Source of the DNA: Planctomycetota bacterium
GTDB lineage: Bacteria > Planctomycetota > UBA8742 > JACQVU01 > JANLHZ01
Assembly (NCBI GenBank): GCA_024653775.1
Contig: JANLHZ010000037.1
Location: 1-64,000 of the forward strand
Length of the DNA: 64,000 nucleotides
Direction of reading: 5' to 3'
Shown in pieces: positions 46,522 to 55,520 of the stretch. A program made the position numbers and the translations under genes. Positions within the stretch are counted from its first letter, which is position 1; every line of letters starts with the position of its first letter. The notes below the pieces were generated by a model. That model was not told where the DNA came from. It saw nothing but the letters and a program-made list of their open reading frames with translations, and searched no databases.

Positions 46522-47174
46522 TGTCCACCTTCTTTTCTATCCGCGGCGTTTTCATCGATCAGCATCAGATTGTGCTTCGAGTGGCAATCTATGCAACCCT
46601 CGCCGGACTCGTACGCGTACTCCCGCTGATGCGCGGCCATATCGACCTGCGGGACCACGTTCGCGGGCCGGCCAGTGAGTTTCTGGTGACACTCGAGACA
46701 CGTTCCGTTCTGCATGGTCGTCGCGTCCTCGGCGTGGACGTCTCCGTAAGTGCGGGAGTGTCCCATCGCGCCGTGACAGCTTATGCAGGAAATCTTGAAA
46801 TGAAGTCCGAGCGCGAGATCGTCGATTTCATATTTATGGCAGCTTCCGTTTCCGCATGACTCCGAAGTCATATGCCTCGGCTCGCGATCGCTGGATTCGA
46901 CCAGCGCGTCCGCGCGGTAGAAGCCGTCCTGCCCGAAGGACTTCGGAACGAGGAAACCCTTCACCGCGAAAGCGAGGACGATAAGGACGACTATTATAAG
47001 CACGAGACGCTTCGTGTGCGAGGACGCGATACTCGCGTCCCTGTCGTAGAAGTCCTTGCCTTCCAGCGAAACGAACTTCGGAGGTCCGCCTTCACCGACT
47101 GGACGGAAGAAATAATACGTGACAATCGAACTCGCGATTGTCAGACCCATCAAGATTGCCCATGCGGCATCCAT
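46518..47174 (-). CDS. membrane-anchored multiheme cytochrome c (3 CxxCH plus 1 CX4CH, two TM helices)
   Basis: TM helices AILMGLTIASSIVTYYFF and LVLIIVVLIVLAFAV. Heme motifs CISCH, CLECH and CIDCH. 4-nt overlap with the FeS gene. Confidence 0.8.
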   Translation of the reverse strand: MDAAWAILMGLTIASSIVTYYFFRPVGEGGPPKFVSLEGKDFYDRDASIASSHTKRLVLIIVVLIVLAFAVKGFLVPKSFGQDGFYRADALVESSDREPRHMTSESCGNGSCHKYEIDDLALGLHFKISCISCHGAMGHSRTYGDVHAEDATTMQNGTCLECHQKLTGRPANVVPQVDMAAHQREYAYESGEGCIDCHSKHNLMLIDENAADRKEGGQ

Positions 47175-47640
47175 TTTTCACCGCCTATTCTGTGCGGACC
47201 ATCCGGGGAACGGATTCCGGAATTGAACAAGTCAGCGCCGGGTCCGAGCCTGATCGATGATCCGCCTTTTTCATTCGGCGAATGTCGAAGGAAGAAATTG
47301 TTTGTGTACGAAGTATTTCTTCGACACTAAAAACTCACACCACCTTAAACCAAACTGTTTTCCACCGGTCTGCCCCTGGGCTACCGCGACCGTATTGTTG
47401 TTAGAACAGGGATCGTCGGCGCTCTGGGTACAAGCTACCTGCATAAATATCTATCCTCTTAAAGCAAGGCATGGGATCAAAAAAATTATTTTTTTTTGAA
47501 ATAACTCACTTGCACCTTTGAATCAGAACACCTTGAACAGAAAAAGTGGAAACCGTGGACGTCATAAATTGAGTTCGAGCTTGTATCCCGCTCCGGCCGC
47601 GAGAATATTCAAAGAGTAATCACTAAACAGGGGGATTTCA

Positions 47641-48588
47641 ATGGTCAGAAACGTCATCATTATCGGTTCGGGACCTGCGGGCTATACCGCGGCTATTTAC
47701 GCTTCCAGAGCCAATTTACAGCCTTTGCTGTTCGCGGGCGAGCCTCCGGCCCATCTCGACGGAGGACAACTGATGTTAACCACGGACGTGGAGAACTATC
47801 CAGGCTTTCCCGAAGGAATCACCGGCCCGGAAATGATGGACAAGTTTCTCGCACAATCGAAGCGCTTCGGCACCGAAGTCCAGATGCGCAGCGTTACGAA
47901 GGTAGACCTCGAATCCCGACCTTTCAGGGTTTTCCTAGGCGAGGAGGTCCATGAAAGCAAAACCATTATTATCGCTACAGGCGCCGAGGCGAAGTGGCTG
48001 AACCTTCCGGGCGAGAAAGAACTCCACAACCGCGGAATAAGCGCCTGTGCCACCTGCGACGGCGCCCTTTTCGGCGGAAAAGTCGTAGGCGTGGTCGGCG
48101 GCGGCGATTCCGCGGTCGAAGAAGCGACCTTCCTTACGCGGTTCGCGTCGAAAGTCCATATGATCCACAGAAGGGACCAGCTTCGCGCATCGAAGATAAT
48201 GCAGGACCGCGCGCTTTCGAACCCGAAAATCGCGATGGAATGGAATACGATTCCCGAGGGATACTCGGCAAAGGAAGGTAAGCACGGACCCTCTCTCGCT
48301 GGTGTCAAGGTCAGGGACACGAATACAGGTGAAACACGCGAAATCCCCATGGACGGCTTCTTTATGGCGATCGGACACAAGCCGAATACCGACCTTTTCA
48401 CCGGAGTTCTCGATATGGACGAGGTCGGCTATCTAAAGACGAAGCCCGGCACGACATACACGAACATCGAAGGCGTCTTCGCCTGCGGTGACGTGCAGGA
48501 CCGTCACTATCGACAGGCAGTGACCGCCGCTGGGACCGGCTGTATGGCTGCGATCGACGCGGAGCGCTGGATCGAGACCCAGCACTGA
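47641..48588 (+). CDS. trxB: thioredoxin-disulfide reductase
   Basis: GSGPAGYTAA FAD motif, redox-active CATCDG and GGGDSA NADPH motif. Confidence 0.95.
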   Translation: MVRNVIIIGSGPAGYTAAIYASRANLQPLLFAGEPPAHLDGGQLMLTTDVENYPGFPEGITGPEMMDKFLAQSKRFGTEVQMRSVTKVDLESRPFRVFLGEEVHESKTIIIATGAEAKWLNLPGEKELHNRGISACATCDGALFGGKVVGVVGGGDSAVEEATFLTRFASKVHMIHRRDQLRASKIMQDRALSNPKIAMEWNTIPEGYSAKEGKHGPSLAGVKVRDTNTGETREIPMDGFFMAIGHKPNTDLFTGVLDMDEVGYLKTKPGTTYTNIEGVFACGDVQDRHYRQAVTAAGTGCMAAIDAERWIETQH

Positions 48589-48671
48589 GCAATCAGGTCG
48601 AACCAATAGAGTCCACGATCCGTTTCCTACGGCGTCGCGGTCGAGGATTTCAACGCCGACGCGATTCTATT

Positions 48672-48783
48672 AAGAAACTATTTCAAGCACCGATTTTTGG
48701 CATTTTGGAGCCTCCAGACGAGACGTCTGAAGGCTTCTGCGGACGAGGACGTCCGCGGTCCCGTCTGCTTGAGATAGTCTCTA
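48672..48783. mobile_element. MITE-like element RPT-2, copy 1 (17-bp terminal inverted repeats, AAGAAACTATCTCAAGC)
   Basis: The repeats aagaaactatttcaagc and gcttgagatagtct enclose a core with internal palindromes (cagacgagacgtctg). Confidence 0.65.
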
Positions 48784-48869
48784 TAAGGTATCGGACTTGA
48801 TTTTCCGGTACAAATAGGTTAGAAACATAGTTGCCGGCCCGTAAACCTTTTTAAGGCGACGGTGAAGCT

Positions 48870-49844
48870 ATGCTTACCTCCAGAACAACCTTCCTCGCCA
48901 TTGCGGCGATTTCGATGATAACCGGACCCGCCCTCGCGCAGGGGGAATCCTCATCGGCGACAACGAACGCGGAATCGAGGTCGTACCTGCTCGAAGGCGC
49001 CTTCGATCCGGAAACCAACCACGAGCGCGACTGCAGAACCACCAAGGACATCAAGATGACCATGGAGTTCGTACGCGGACGCGGCGTCGACGTCGACACT
49101 GGTTCGTATCAGATAGAGCGCACCATCGATCGCGTACTCGAAAGCGAAGGCGATCGCAAGACCCTCTGCGAAAGGCAGTACATCGAGAAGTGGTACCGCT
49201 CGAATAACGGTATCCAGCGCTCCCGCAGGAGAAGCTCCCTCGAGGGATGCACCGTGATGATTCACGGCACCGGGGAAGCCTGGAACGATCTTGAAATCGA
49301 GGTGACTGAGGGAGAAGCAGACGAGAAGGACATAAATTACATCGTCCTCGATGATTACGAGCGCGCGCTCCTCCCAGGCAGAGAGTGCCATATAGGCGAC
49401 ACCTGGGTCAGCGAAAAGAACGACCTTCAGCTCATCTGGGGACCGAACTACAGGGAAATGACCCACGGCGAGGGCACGGGCAAGTTCATCGGCATCATCG
49501 AATTTGGGGACCAGCCGCACGCGGTGATCGAGGCGGAATGCATCGTCGAAGGGATCGAGGAGGAATACGGGATGAACGTTACAATAAAGACGAAGGCGAC
49601 GGTCCTCTTCAACATCGAGACGCAGTACATCGCTTACGCCGACGTCGACAGCGAGATCGAGACGGACGGCAAGATCCTCGCGATCCCCGCGTCGGGCGCG
49701 GGAACCGTCACCCTTAAGCTCCGGCCCGAAGGAGAACACGAAACGCCGCTCGCGAAAATCCTCGGCGGCGTCGAACGACTCGATCCGTTTTGCGAAAGCC
49801 GCAAGTCGGTTTTCCTCGCGGACGCGTTAGTAGTCTGCCCGTAA
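48870..49844 (+). CDS. hypothetical secreted protein
   Basis: Signal peptide MLTSRTTFLAIAAISMITGPALA. 324 aa. Confidence 0.6.
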   Translation: MLTSRTTFLAIAAISMITGPALAQGESSSATTNAESRSYLLEGAFDPETNHERDCRTTKDIKMTMEFVRGRGVDVDTGSYQIERTIDRVLESEGDRKTLCERQYIEKWYRSNNGIQRSRRRSSLEGCTVMIHGTGEAWNDLEIEVTEGEADEKDINYIVLDDYERALLPGRECHIGDTWVSEKNDLQLIWGPNYREMTHGEGTGKFIGIIEFGDQPHAVIEAECIVEGIEEEYGMNVTIKTKATVLFNIETQYIAYADVDSEIETDGKILAIPASGAGTVTLKLRPEGEHETPLAKILGGVERLDPFCESRKSVFLADALVVCP

Positions 49845-49963
49845 GAAATTATCTCAAGCACCGATTTTTGGCATTTTGGAGCCTCCAGACGAGACGTCTG
49901 AAGGCTTCTGCGGACGAGGACGTCCGCGGTCCCGTCTGCTTGAGATAGTCTTTAAGGGCATAG
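49843..49963. mobile_element. RPT-2 copy 2 (left terminal repeat overlaps the stop codon of the preceding gene)
   Basis: Over 95% identical to copy 1. Confidence 0.65.
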
Positions 49964-50105
49964 ACCGCCTGACGGCGTCGCTACTCTACGCTACAAGGGA
50001 AGTGAATTTTCTTCTTGCCGACCGATCCGAATTATGGAGTCGATCATCGTTTTTGACTTCGCAGGATCGTATAACACTTCCGCATTTTCTGTTTCGCGGA
50101 CGATT

Positions 50106-51086
50106 ATGGACGTAAAACACATTTCGGCGCTCAGCATCGGGACGGTTTGCGTCAGCAGCGCGGCGGTGTTCATCGTGCTTTCCGGACTCGCGCCCGCGAC
50201 GATAACCTTCTGGCGACTAGGCGCCATGACGCTGCTCTTCGGAGCGCTCGCGGGGAAGTCCGTCGTAACGGAACTCTCCGCGCTTTCGAAAAGGCAGAAA
50301 ATTTCGCTCCTCATCGGCGGATTCACCTACGGCGCGCACTTCGTCTGCTTCAATTACGGCTTCGTGCTTTCGAGCTATGAAAGCACCGTGATGCTCCTCG
50401 CGATCCAGCCCGCGGTGGCGATGGCGCTCGGCTACCTTATTCTCGGAGAGCGCACCGGAACTCGCGGTCTCGTCTCGACGATCATAAGCGCCGCGGGGCT
50501 AGTTATCCTCGTGTACCGCGACTACACGTTCAGCGCCACGCACCTGCTTGGCGATCTGATCGTCGTGCTCGGAAGCGTGGGGGTCGTCATCTCCGGAATC
50601 GCCGGCAGAAGACTTCGGCAAAAACTCAGCGGAAGGGTCTACATCGCGGCGCTGTCGGGAATCGGAACCGTCGTCGCACTGATTTCGATGCAGATTTTCG
50701 GGCACGAATTCACTAAAACCTCAGCGGGGACGCAGGGATGGGTCGCGCTCGGATTCCTTATCGTGTTTACAACCTTCCTCGGCCACGGCTCGTTCCACTG
50801 GGTCGTGAAGTTCGTGCCGCTGTTTTTCATCAACATCGTCATCGTTCTCGAGCCGCTGATCGCGCTGCTTTTCAAATTCGCGCTGCGGGACGTTTTTCCG
50901 GAATTCCAGGATTCCGCACTGACGACCTCCCACTACATCGGAGGCGCGATGATGCTCGTCGGCGTGTTCATCGCGTTCCTGCCGAGGAGGCTGAAGGATC
51001 TCGAAGCGCCCGCTCGGGACGCCCCCGCCGAGAACGCGCAGACGATCGGAAACGCGGGTCCGGTGACGAAGGGCGAGAACTCCTGA
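50106..51086 (+). CDS. DMT superfamily (EamA-like) transporter
   Basis: 10 predicted TM helices in two EamA halves. Start at MDVKHISALS. Confidence 0.75.
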   Translation: MDVKHISALSIGTVCVSSAAVFIVLSGLAPATITFWRLGAMTLLFGALAGKSVVTELSALSKRQKISLLIGGFTYGAHFVCFNYGFVLSSYESTVMLLAIQPAVAMALGYLILGERTGTRGLVSTIISAAGLVILVYRDYTFSATHLLGDLIVVLGSVGVVISGIAGRRLRQKLSGRVYIAALSGIGTVVALISMQIFGHEFTKTSAGTQGWVALGFLIVFTTFLGHGSFHWVVKFVPLFFINIVIVLEPLIALLFKFALRDVFPEFQDSALTTSHYIGGAMMLVGVFIAFLPRRLKDLEAPARDAPAENAQTIGNAGPVTKGENS

Positions 51087-51122
51087 GAGTCTTCGCGGTA
51101 CGCTTTTAAGGGCGCGCGTCCT

Positions 51123-51236
51123 AAGAAACTATCTCAAGCTCCCGGGACCGCGGACGTCCTCGTCCGCACAAGCCGTCTAACGTCTCGTTTGACGGCTCCG
51201 AAATGTCCTGTTCGCTTGCTTGAGATAGTTTCTAAA
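51123..51236. mobile_element. RPT-2 copy 3 (core inverted relative to copies 1 and 2, about 80% identical)
   Basis: Same terminal repeats. The internal gggaccgcggacgtcctcgtccgca is the reverse complement of the copy-1 core. Confidence 0.6.
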
Positions 51237-51238
51237 GA

Positions 51239-51685
51239 TCAGGATTCCAGCGTCCTCATCCTCTGCTTGATATCCTCCGGCAGCGGGACGCTTTTCCCAG
51301 TTTTGTAATCGCACCAGACTACCACGCCCTTGCCTCTGCCGGCTTCCTTCCAGCCGAATTTTTCGCTCAGGATGCGATAGACCATCGTAAAGCTCGAGTT
51401 TCCGACGCGCTCGACCCCCGTCTCGACCCGCACGTTGTCCGGATACGTCAGCGGCAACAGAAAATCGCAGTTCGTCGACGCGAGTATCGGTCCGTGGTCC
51501 GGACGGTCCTCCGCCTCCTGATGGATCGGCCGCGGCGGCATCTGCACCTCATCGAAATACGCTATCCGTCCGCTTTCGAACAGCCGGAAGAATACTGTGT
51601 TGTTTACGTGCCCGAACGCGTCCATGTCCCCCCACGCGATCGGCGTGCTGAGTTTAACCGGGTACTTCGGTTCGACGTTTTCCAT
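51239..51685 (-). CDS. acyl-CoA thioesterase (hotdog fold, YbgC/4HBT-like)
   Basis: WGDMDAFGHVNNTVFFRLFE motif. 148 aa. Confidence 0.8.
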   Translation of the reverse strand: MENVEPKYPVKLSTPIAWGDMDAFGHVNNTVFFRLFESGRIAYFDEVQMPPRPIHQEAEDRPDHGPILASTNCDFLLPLTYPDNVRVETGVERVGNSSFTMVYRILSEKFGWKEAGRGKGVVVWCDYKTGKSVPLPEDIKQRMRTLES

Positions 51686-51696
51686 CCGGAGAATCC

Positions 51697-52146
51697 TTAC
51701 ACTGGAACCTTGAACACGAGTTTGCGCACCTCCGTGGGCGATCCGTCGATCGCGCCGCAGGGGGAGTGGCCGTCGTCGGGGAAGAACACCGCGAACGAGC
51801 CGGGCGCGAGGGTGATGAAATCCATCCTATCACTGAAAAGCTGCTGGTAGTCCTTTGAGTCGTCGTAGGGGTTAGCCTTGCACTCGGTTCGTGCGACCAC
51901 GCCGATGCGCTCGGAACCCCGGGCAAGAAGCTGGATGTCGATGTTCTTTCGATGGCACTCGATGCCGCAGTCCGCGGGAAGGCGGGTGCGGTAGTCCTCG
52001 ACTATCAGAACCACGCCGTCGTCAAGCTCGTGCCTCCCCGTCGTGAGAGTTTCGAGTTTCGTATCCGCGAAGAACTTTCGCGCGACTTCGAATCTCGGAT
52101 GCACCCCCGCATACAGCTTGAAATTTTGTATCTTGTCGAAGATCAT
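51697..52146 (-). CDS. YhcH/YjgK/YiaL family (DUF386) protein
   Basis: Starts MIFDKIQNFKLY and carries the family's beta-sandwich signatures. Confidence 0.65.
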   Translation of the reverse strand: MIFDKIQNFKLYAGVHPRFEVARKFFADTKLETLTTGRHELDDGVVLIVEDYRTRLPADCGIECHRKNIDIQLLARGSERIGVVARTECKANPYDDSKDYQQLFSDRMDFITLAPGSFAVFFPDDGHSPCGAIDGSPTEVRKLVFKVPV

Positions 52147-52194
52147 TCCGTGGATTTTAAACGCGCGCGGGAGGCGAATCAATTCCGATGATAT

Positions 52195-52240
52195 AATATT
52201 ACAATAAATTCGTAGACGGTACGAATTTATTGTAATATTC
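52195..52240. repeat. PE-1 copy 5, a perfect 20-bp-arm palindrome (AATATTACAATAAATTCGTA-gacgg-TACGAATTTATTGTAATATT)
   Basis: Seen in sequence. Confidence 0.75.
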
Positions 52241-52243
52241 TCG

Positions 52244-52312
52244 GACAGGACATCCGAAGGCTTTTGCGGACATAGACGACCGCGGTCCCAAGTGCTTGAG
52301 ATAGTTTCTTAG
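52244..52312. repeat. RPT-2 partial copy (right half) abutting PE-1
   Basis: The right terminal repeat gcttgagatagtttctt overlaps the peptidase stop codon. Confidence 0.55.
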
Positions 52313-53955
52313 TAATCGTCCGCGAGTGGGTCTCTGAGTGCGATCTCGTGAATCTCGCCGAAGTCGCTGAGCTTCGCTCCGTGGACACCGTCTCCGTTCG
52401 ATACCAGATCGATGGGGCCGACGACGAGAATCACGAACTCGTCCGGACGGATATAGCTCTGCGCGGTCACCTGTACGTCCCCGATACCCACCGCGGCGAT
52501 TCTGTCGCGATAGACGTCGTAGAGGTCCCGCGGGCGATCGTAATATTCGAGGTCCGCGAATACGCTGAGCGTCTGGAATTGCCCGGAGAACGTCGTCGGG
52601 AAGCGCTCGATATAGCTCGATTTCGCGCCGTCGATTTCCTTCGCGGTGACTTCGGTGTCACGAACTCTGTTCACTTCCTCCATCAGAATCTCGAGCGCGT
52701 ACGGAACCGACTCGCACTTGGTCTGGAAGTTGATCTCGAAGATTCCTTCTTCCCAGATTTCCGCGCCGTAGCGGCTGTAGACCGAATACGCAAGGCCCTC
52801 GTCGCTGCGGATGCGCGACATGATCCGGCTTGTAAAGCTGCCTCCGCCGAAGATGAAATTCAGAACCTGGAGGTTGTAGAAGTTCGGATCGCTACGCCTC
52901 GTTCCAATGTGGCCGACGCGGACGAAACCCTGGTTGATGGGCATCTCGACGTGGTAGACCCCGGCGCGCGACTTCGTAGCTTCGATGTCGACTCCCGGAT
53001 GCTCGGGGAAGGACGTCTCGCCTTTCTCCCAGCTTCCGTAGAGGTCCTCGAGCTTCGCGAGAACCTCGTCTTCGTCAAAATCCCCCGACAGAACGAACAT
53101 GAAATTCTGCGGCTGGTAGAACTTTCTCCACCAGGCCTGTAGTTTCGTCTGGGAGTAACCCTCGACCGCCTTCTTCGTCGTGCGCCATGCGAGGCGGTTA
53201 TCTCCGTACATCAGACGCTCGAACTCGCGCGCGGTGACTCCGCGGGGATCGTTGTTGCGATCCTTCAGTCCTTCGATCGCGCGATCCTTGTACTTCTGAA
53301 GCTCCTCGGCAGAGAACGCCGGTTTTCTAAGGACTTCGTCGAAAAGTTCGAGGCAGCGATCGAAATCCTTCATCAGGCAGCTAAGCGTAACCTCGCCCTG
53401 GTTGTATCCGGCGCTCGACGAAATCCCCGCGGCCATGAACGAAAGCTCCTCGTCGAGCTGCGCCTTTGTGTAATGCTCGGTGCCGCCGTCTCGCATCTGA
53501 CCCGCGGTGACTCCCGCGATGCCTACGCTCGACTGGTCGTCGTTCCAGCGCTCTCCGGTGCGGACGACAAGGCTCATATCGAAAGTGGGAAGCTCGTGAT
53601 CCTCCGCGATGTACACGGGAATTCCGTTCGAAAGCTGCTTGCGAAACGTCGCGCCTTGCGGGACTTCGAAATCGAGTCCGCCATAGGTGATTTCGTCCGG
53701 GTGCTCGACTCTGTCGCGAAGTCCATCCGGAATCCACTGGTTCTCTGTTCCCTGCCGCTGTCCAGGGCGCTGTCCGTCGACGAGCCTTTGCAATCTTCGT
53801 CCGAGCTGTCGCACGCCGTCGGCTATGCGTTCGAACGCGTCTTCGATCGGACCGTCCTTCGCGGTATCTTCGCCCGCGGCGTTCGCGAGCGGCGAGAAAA
53901 ACGACGTGACGAGTAGTGCAGCGAGAATGAGGACTGTGGTTCGTGTGCTTTTCAT
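52309..53955 (-). CDS. M16 (insulinase/pitrilysin) family peptidase-like secreted protein
   Basis: Signal peptide MKSTRTTVLILAALLVTSFFSPLANA, with GGAGA upstream. M16 fold. No clear HxxEH motif, so it may be a non-catalytic subunit. Confidence 0.6.
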   Translation of the reverse strand: MKSTRTTVLILAALLVTSFFSPLANAAGEDTAKDGPIEDAFERIADGVRQLGRRLQRLVDGQRPGQRQGTENQWIPDGLRDRVEHPDEITYGGLDFEVPQGATFRKQLSNGIPVYIAEDHELPTFDMSLVVRTGERWNDDQSSVGIAGVTAGQMRDGGTEHYTKAQLDEELSFMAAGISSSAGYNQGEVTLSCLMKDFDRCLELFDEVLRKPAFSAEELQKYKDRAIEGLKDRNNDPRGVTAREFERLMYGDNRLAWRTTKKAVEGYSQTKLQAWWRKFYQPQNFMFVLSGDFDEDEVLAKLEDLYGSWEKGETSFPEHPGVDIEATKSRAGVYHVEMPINQGFVRVGHIGTRRSDPNFYNLQVLNFIFGGGSFTSRIMSRIRSDEGLAYSVYSRYGAEIWEEGIFEINFQTKCESVPYALEILMEEVNRVRDTEVTAKEIDGAKSSYIERFPTTFSGQFQTLSVFADLEYYDRPRDLYDVYRDRIAAVGIGDVQVTAQSYIRPDEFVILVVGPIDLVSNGDGVHGAKLSDFGEIHEIALRDPLADDY

Positions 53956-54184
53956 TCCATTTTCTCCCGAAGTCAGGAGCACGATGCTTCCTGGAGCCAG
54001 TGTTTTAAGTTGTATGACGGAATTGATTTCTTCGCAGGATAGCGGGAATTCTGATTTCGTGCAACATGTTCCAGAATTCAGATTGATGATTGAATCCGCT
54101 CTGACGTGGGGCGAAGATTGAAATCCGATAACCTCTCGCTACTAACGCAGCGGGGGCAGCGGAAACTAAACAAAGGACGATGCG

Positions 54185-55438
54185 ATGACCACAAAAGAAA
54201 ATGACCTCATATACGATTGGAACTTGAAGGGAAAGCGTCCGAAAAAGCCGCGGAAGGTGATGTTCGACGACGAGACGCTCCGCGACGGTTTGCAGAGTCC
54301 GTCGGTGAAGCATCCGACGATCGCGCACGCAAAGCGCATACTCGAGCTTATGGACAGCCTCGGAATCGACACCGCGGATATCGGACTTCCCGGCGCGGGC
54401 GGCGAACACGCGAAGCAGGTCCGCGCGCTCGCGAGGCACGCCGCGAAGAATAATCTGAAAATCGGCCTCAACTGCGCCGCGCGGACCGTGATCGCGGATA
54501 TCGAGCCGGTGGCAAGGCTCCAGCAGGAAACCGGACGCGCGATCGAGGTTTGCACGTTCATCGGCTCCTCGCCGATCCGTCAGTACGCAGAGGACTGGAC
54601 GATCGATAAAATGCTCGCGGTGACGGAAACCGCGCTCAGCTTCGCTGCGAAGGAGAGCGTCCCGGTTATGTACGTCACCGAGGACACGACCCGCGCCGCG
54701 CCGGAGACGCTGAAGAAACTCTACGGCCTCGCGATCGACCTCGGCGCGAAACGCGTCTGCGTTTGCGACACCGTCGGACACGCGACGCCGCACGGGGTAA
54801 CGCAGCTTGTAACCTTCGTGAAGGACCAGATCGTTCAGAAGTCGGGGAAAAAGGTCGGCATCGACTGGCACGGCCACCGCGATCGCGCGCTCGACATTAT
54901 AAACACCATCGCAGCGCTCGAAGCGGGGGCGGATCGTCTTCACGGCGCCGCGGTCGGTCTTGGCGAGCGCTCGGGCAACACCCCGATGGACCTTCTGCTC
55001 GTGAATCTGAAGCTGATGGGCTACATCGACCGCGATCTTTCCAGCCTCGCGGAATACGTCGAACTCAGCGCGAAGGCTACGGGGCGCGCGATCCCGGTGA
55101 ATTATCCGGTGTTCGGCCCGGACGCGTTCACGACTGCGACGGGAGTCCACGCCGCGGCGGTGATCAAGGCGTTCAAAAAAGGCGACAACTGGCTTGCCGA
55201 CCGGATTTACTCGGGAGTCCCCGCGGGCGACTTCGGAAAAACGCAGGCGATCACCATCGGCGCGATGAGCGGCAAAAGCAACGTGGTTTTCTGGCTGACG
55301 CAGCGTGGCTACGAGGCAACGGAAAGCCTCGTCGACAGCGTTTTCGCCTTCGCCAAGTCCAAAGGCGGCGTGCTTCCAGACAGCGACGTGCAGAAGTTCG
55401 TCAACAAAAAGGTCGGCATGAAAAAGGCCGGCAGGTAA
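54185..55438 (+). CDS. 2-isopropylmalate/homocitrate/citramalate synthase family enzyme (DRE-TIM, HMGL-like) lacking the LeuA regulatory domain
   Basis: FDDETLRDGLQS active-site motif, HGHRDRALD and a TIM-barrel synthase signature. 417 aa. Confidence 0.8.
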   Translation: MTTKENDLIYDWNLKGKRPKKPRKVMFDDETLRDGLQSPSVKHPTIAHAKRILELMDSLGIDTADIGLPGAGGEHAKQVRALARHAAKNNLKIGLNCAARTVIADIEPVARLQQETGRAIEVCTFIGSSPIRQYAEDWTIDKMLAVTETALSFAAKESVPVMYVTEDTTRAAPETLKKLYGLAIDLGAKRVCVCDTVGHATPHGVTQLVTFVKDQIVQKSGKKVGIDWHGHRDRALDIINTIAALEAGADRLHGAAVGLGERSGNTPMDLLLVNLKLMGYIDRDLSSLAEYVELSAKATGRAIPVNYPVFGPDAFTTATGVHAAAVIKAFKKGDNWLADRIYSGVPAGDFGKTQAITIGAMSGKSNVVFWLTQRGYEATESLVDSVFAFAKSKGGVLPDSDVQKFVNKKVGMKKAGR

Positions 55439-55520
55439 AGCGCGGGCCTGCTTTGGTCGATAAGAGGGACGCGACATATCTCGAACGCCACGGCGCGCCG
55501 GGCGCTCATGCAGACGAGTC

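Noticed and set aside
47175-47640. 466-bp intergenic region upstream of the cytochrome operon, scanned for tRNA or a sigma-54 promoter
   Set aside because: No cloverleaf-compatible sequence (no GTTCGA T-loop, no acceptor-stem complementarity) and no TGGCAC-N5-TTGC element was found. It is probably just a complex promoter region. The direct repeats CACCTTTGAA and CACCTTGAAC are noted but not interpretable.
54000-54184. Possible leucine-type leader or attenuator upstream of the LeuA-like gene (8-bp inverted repeat gaattctg/cagaattc)
   Set aside because: No Leu-rich leader peptide ORF and no terminator T-run were found. The stem is short.
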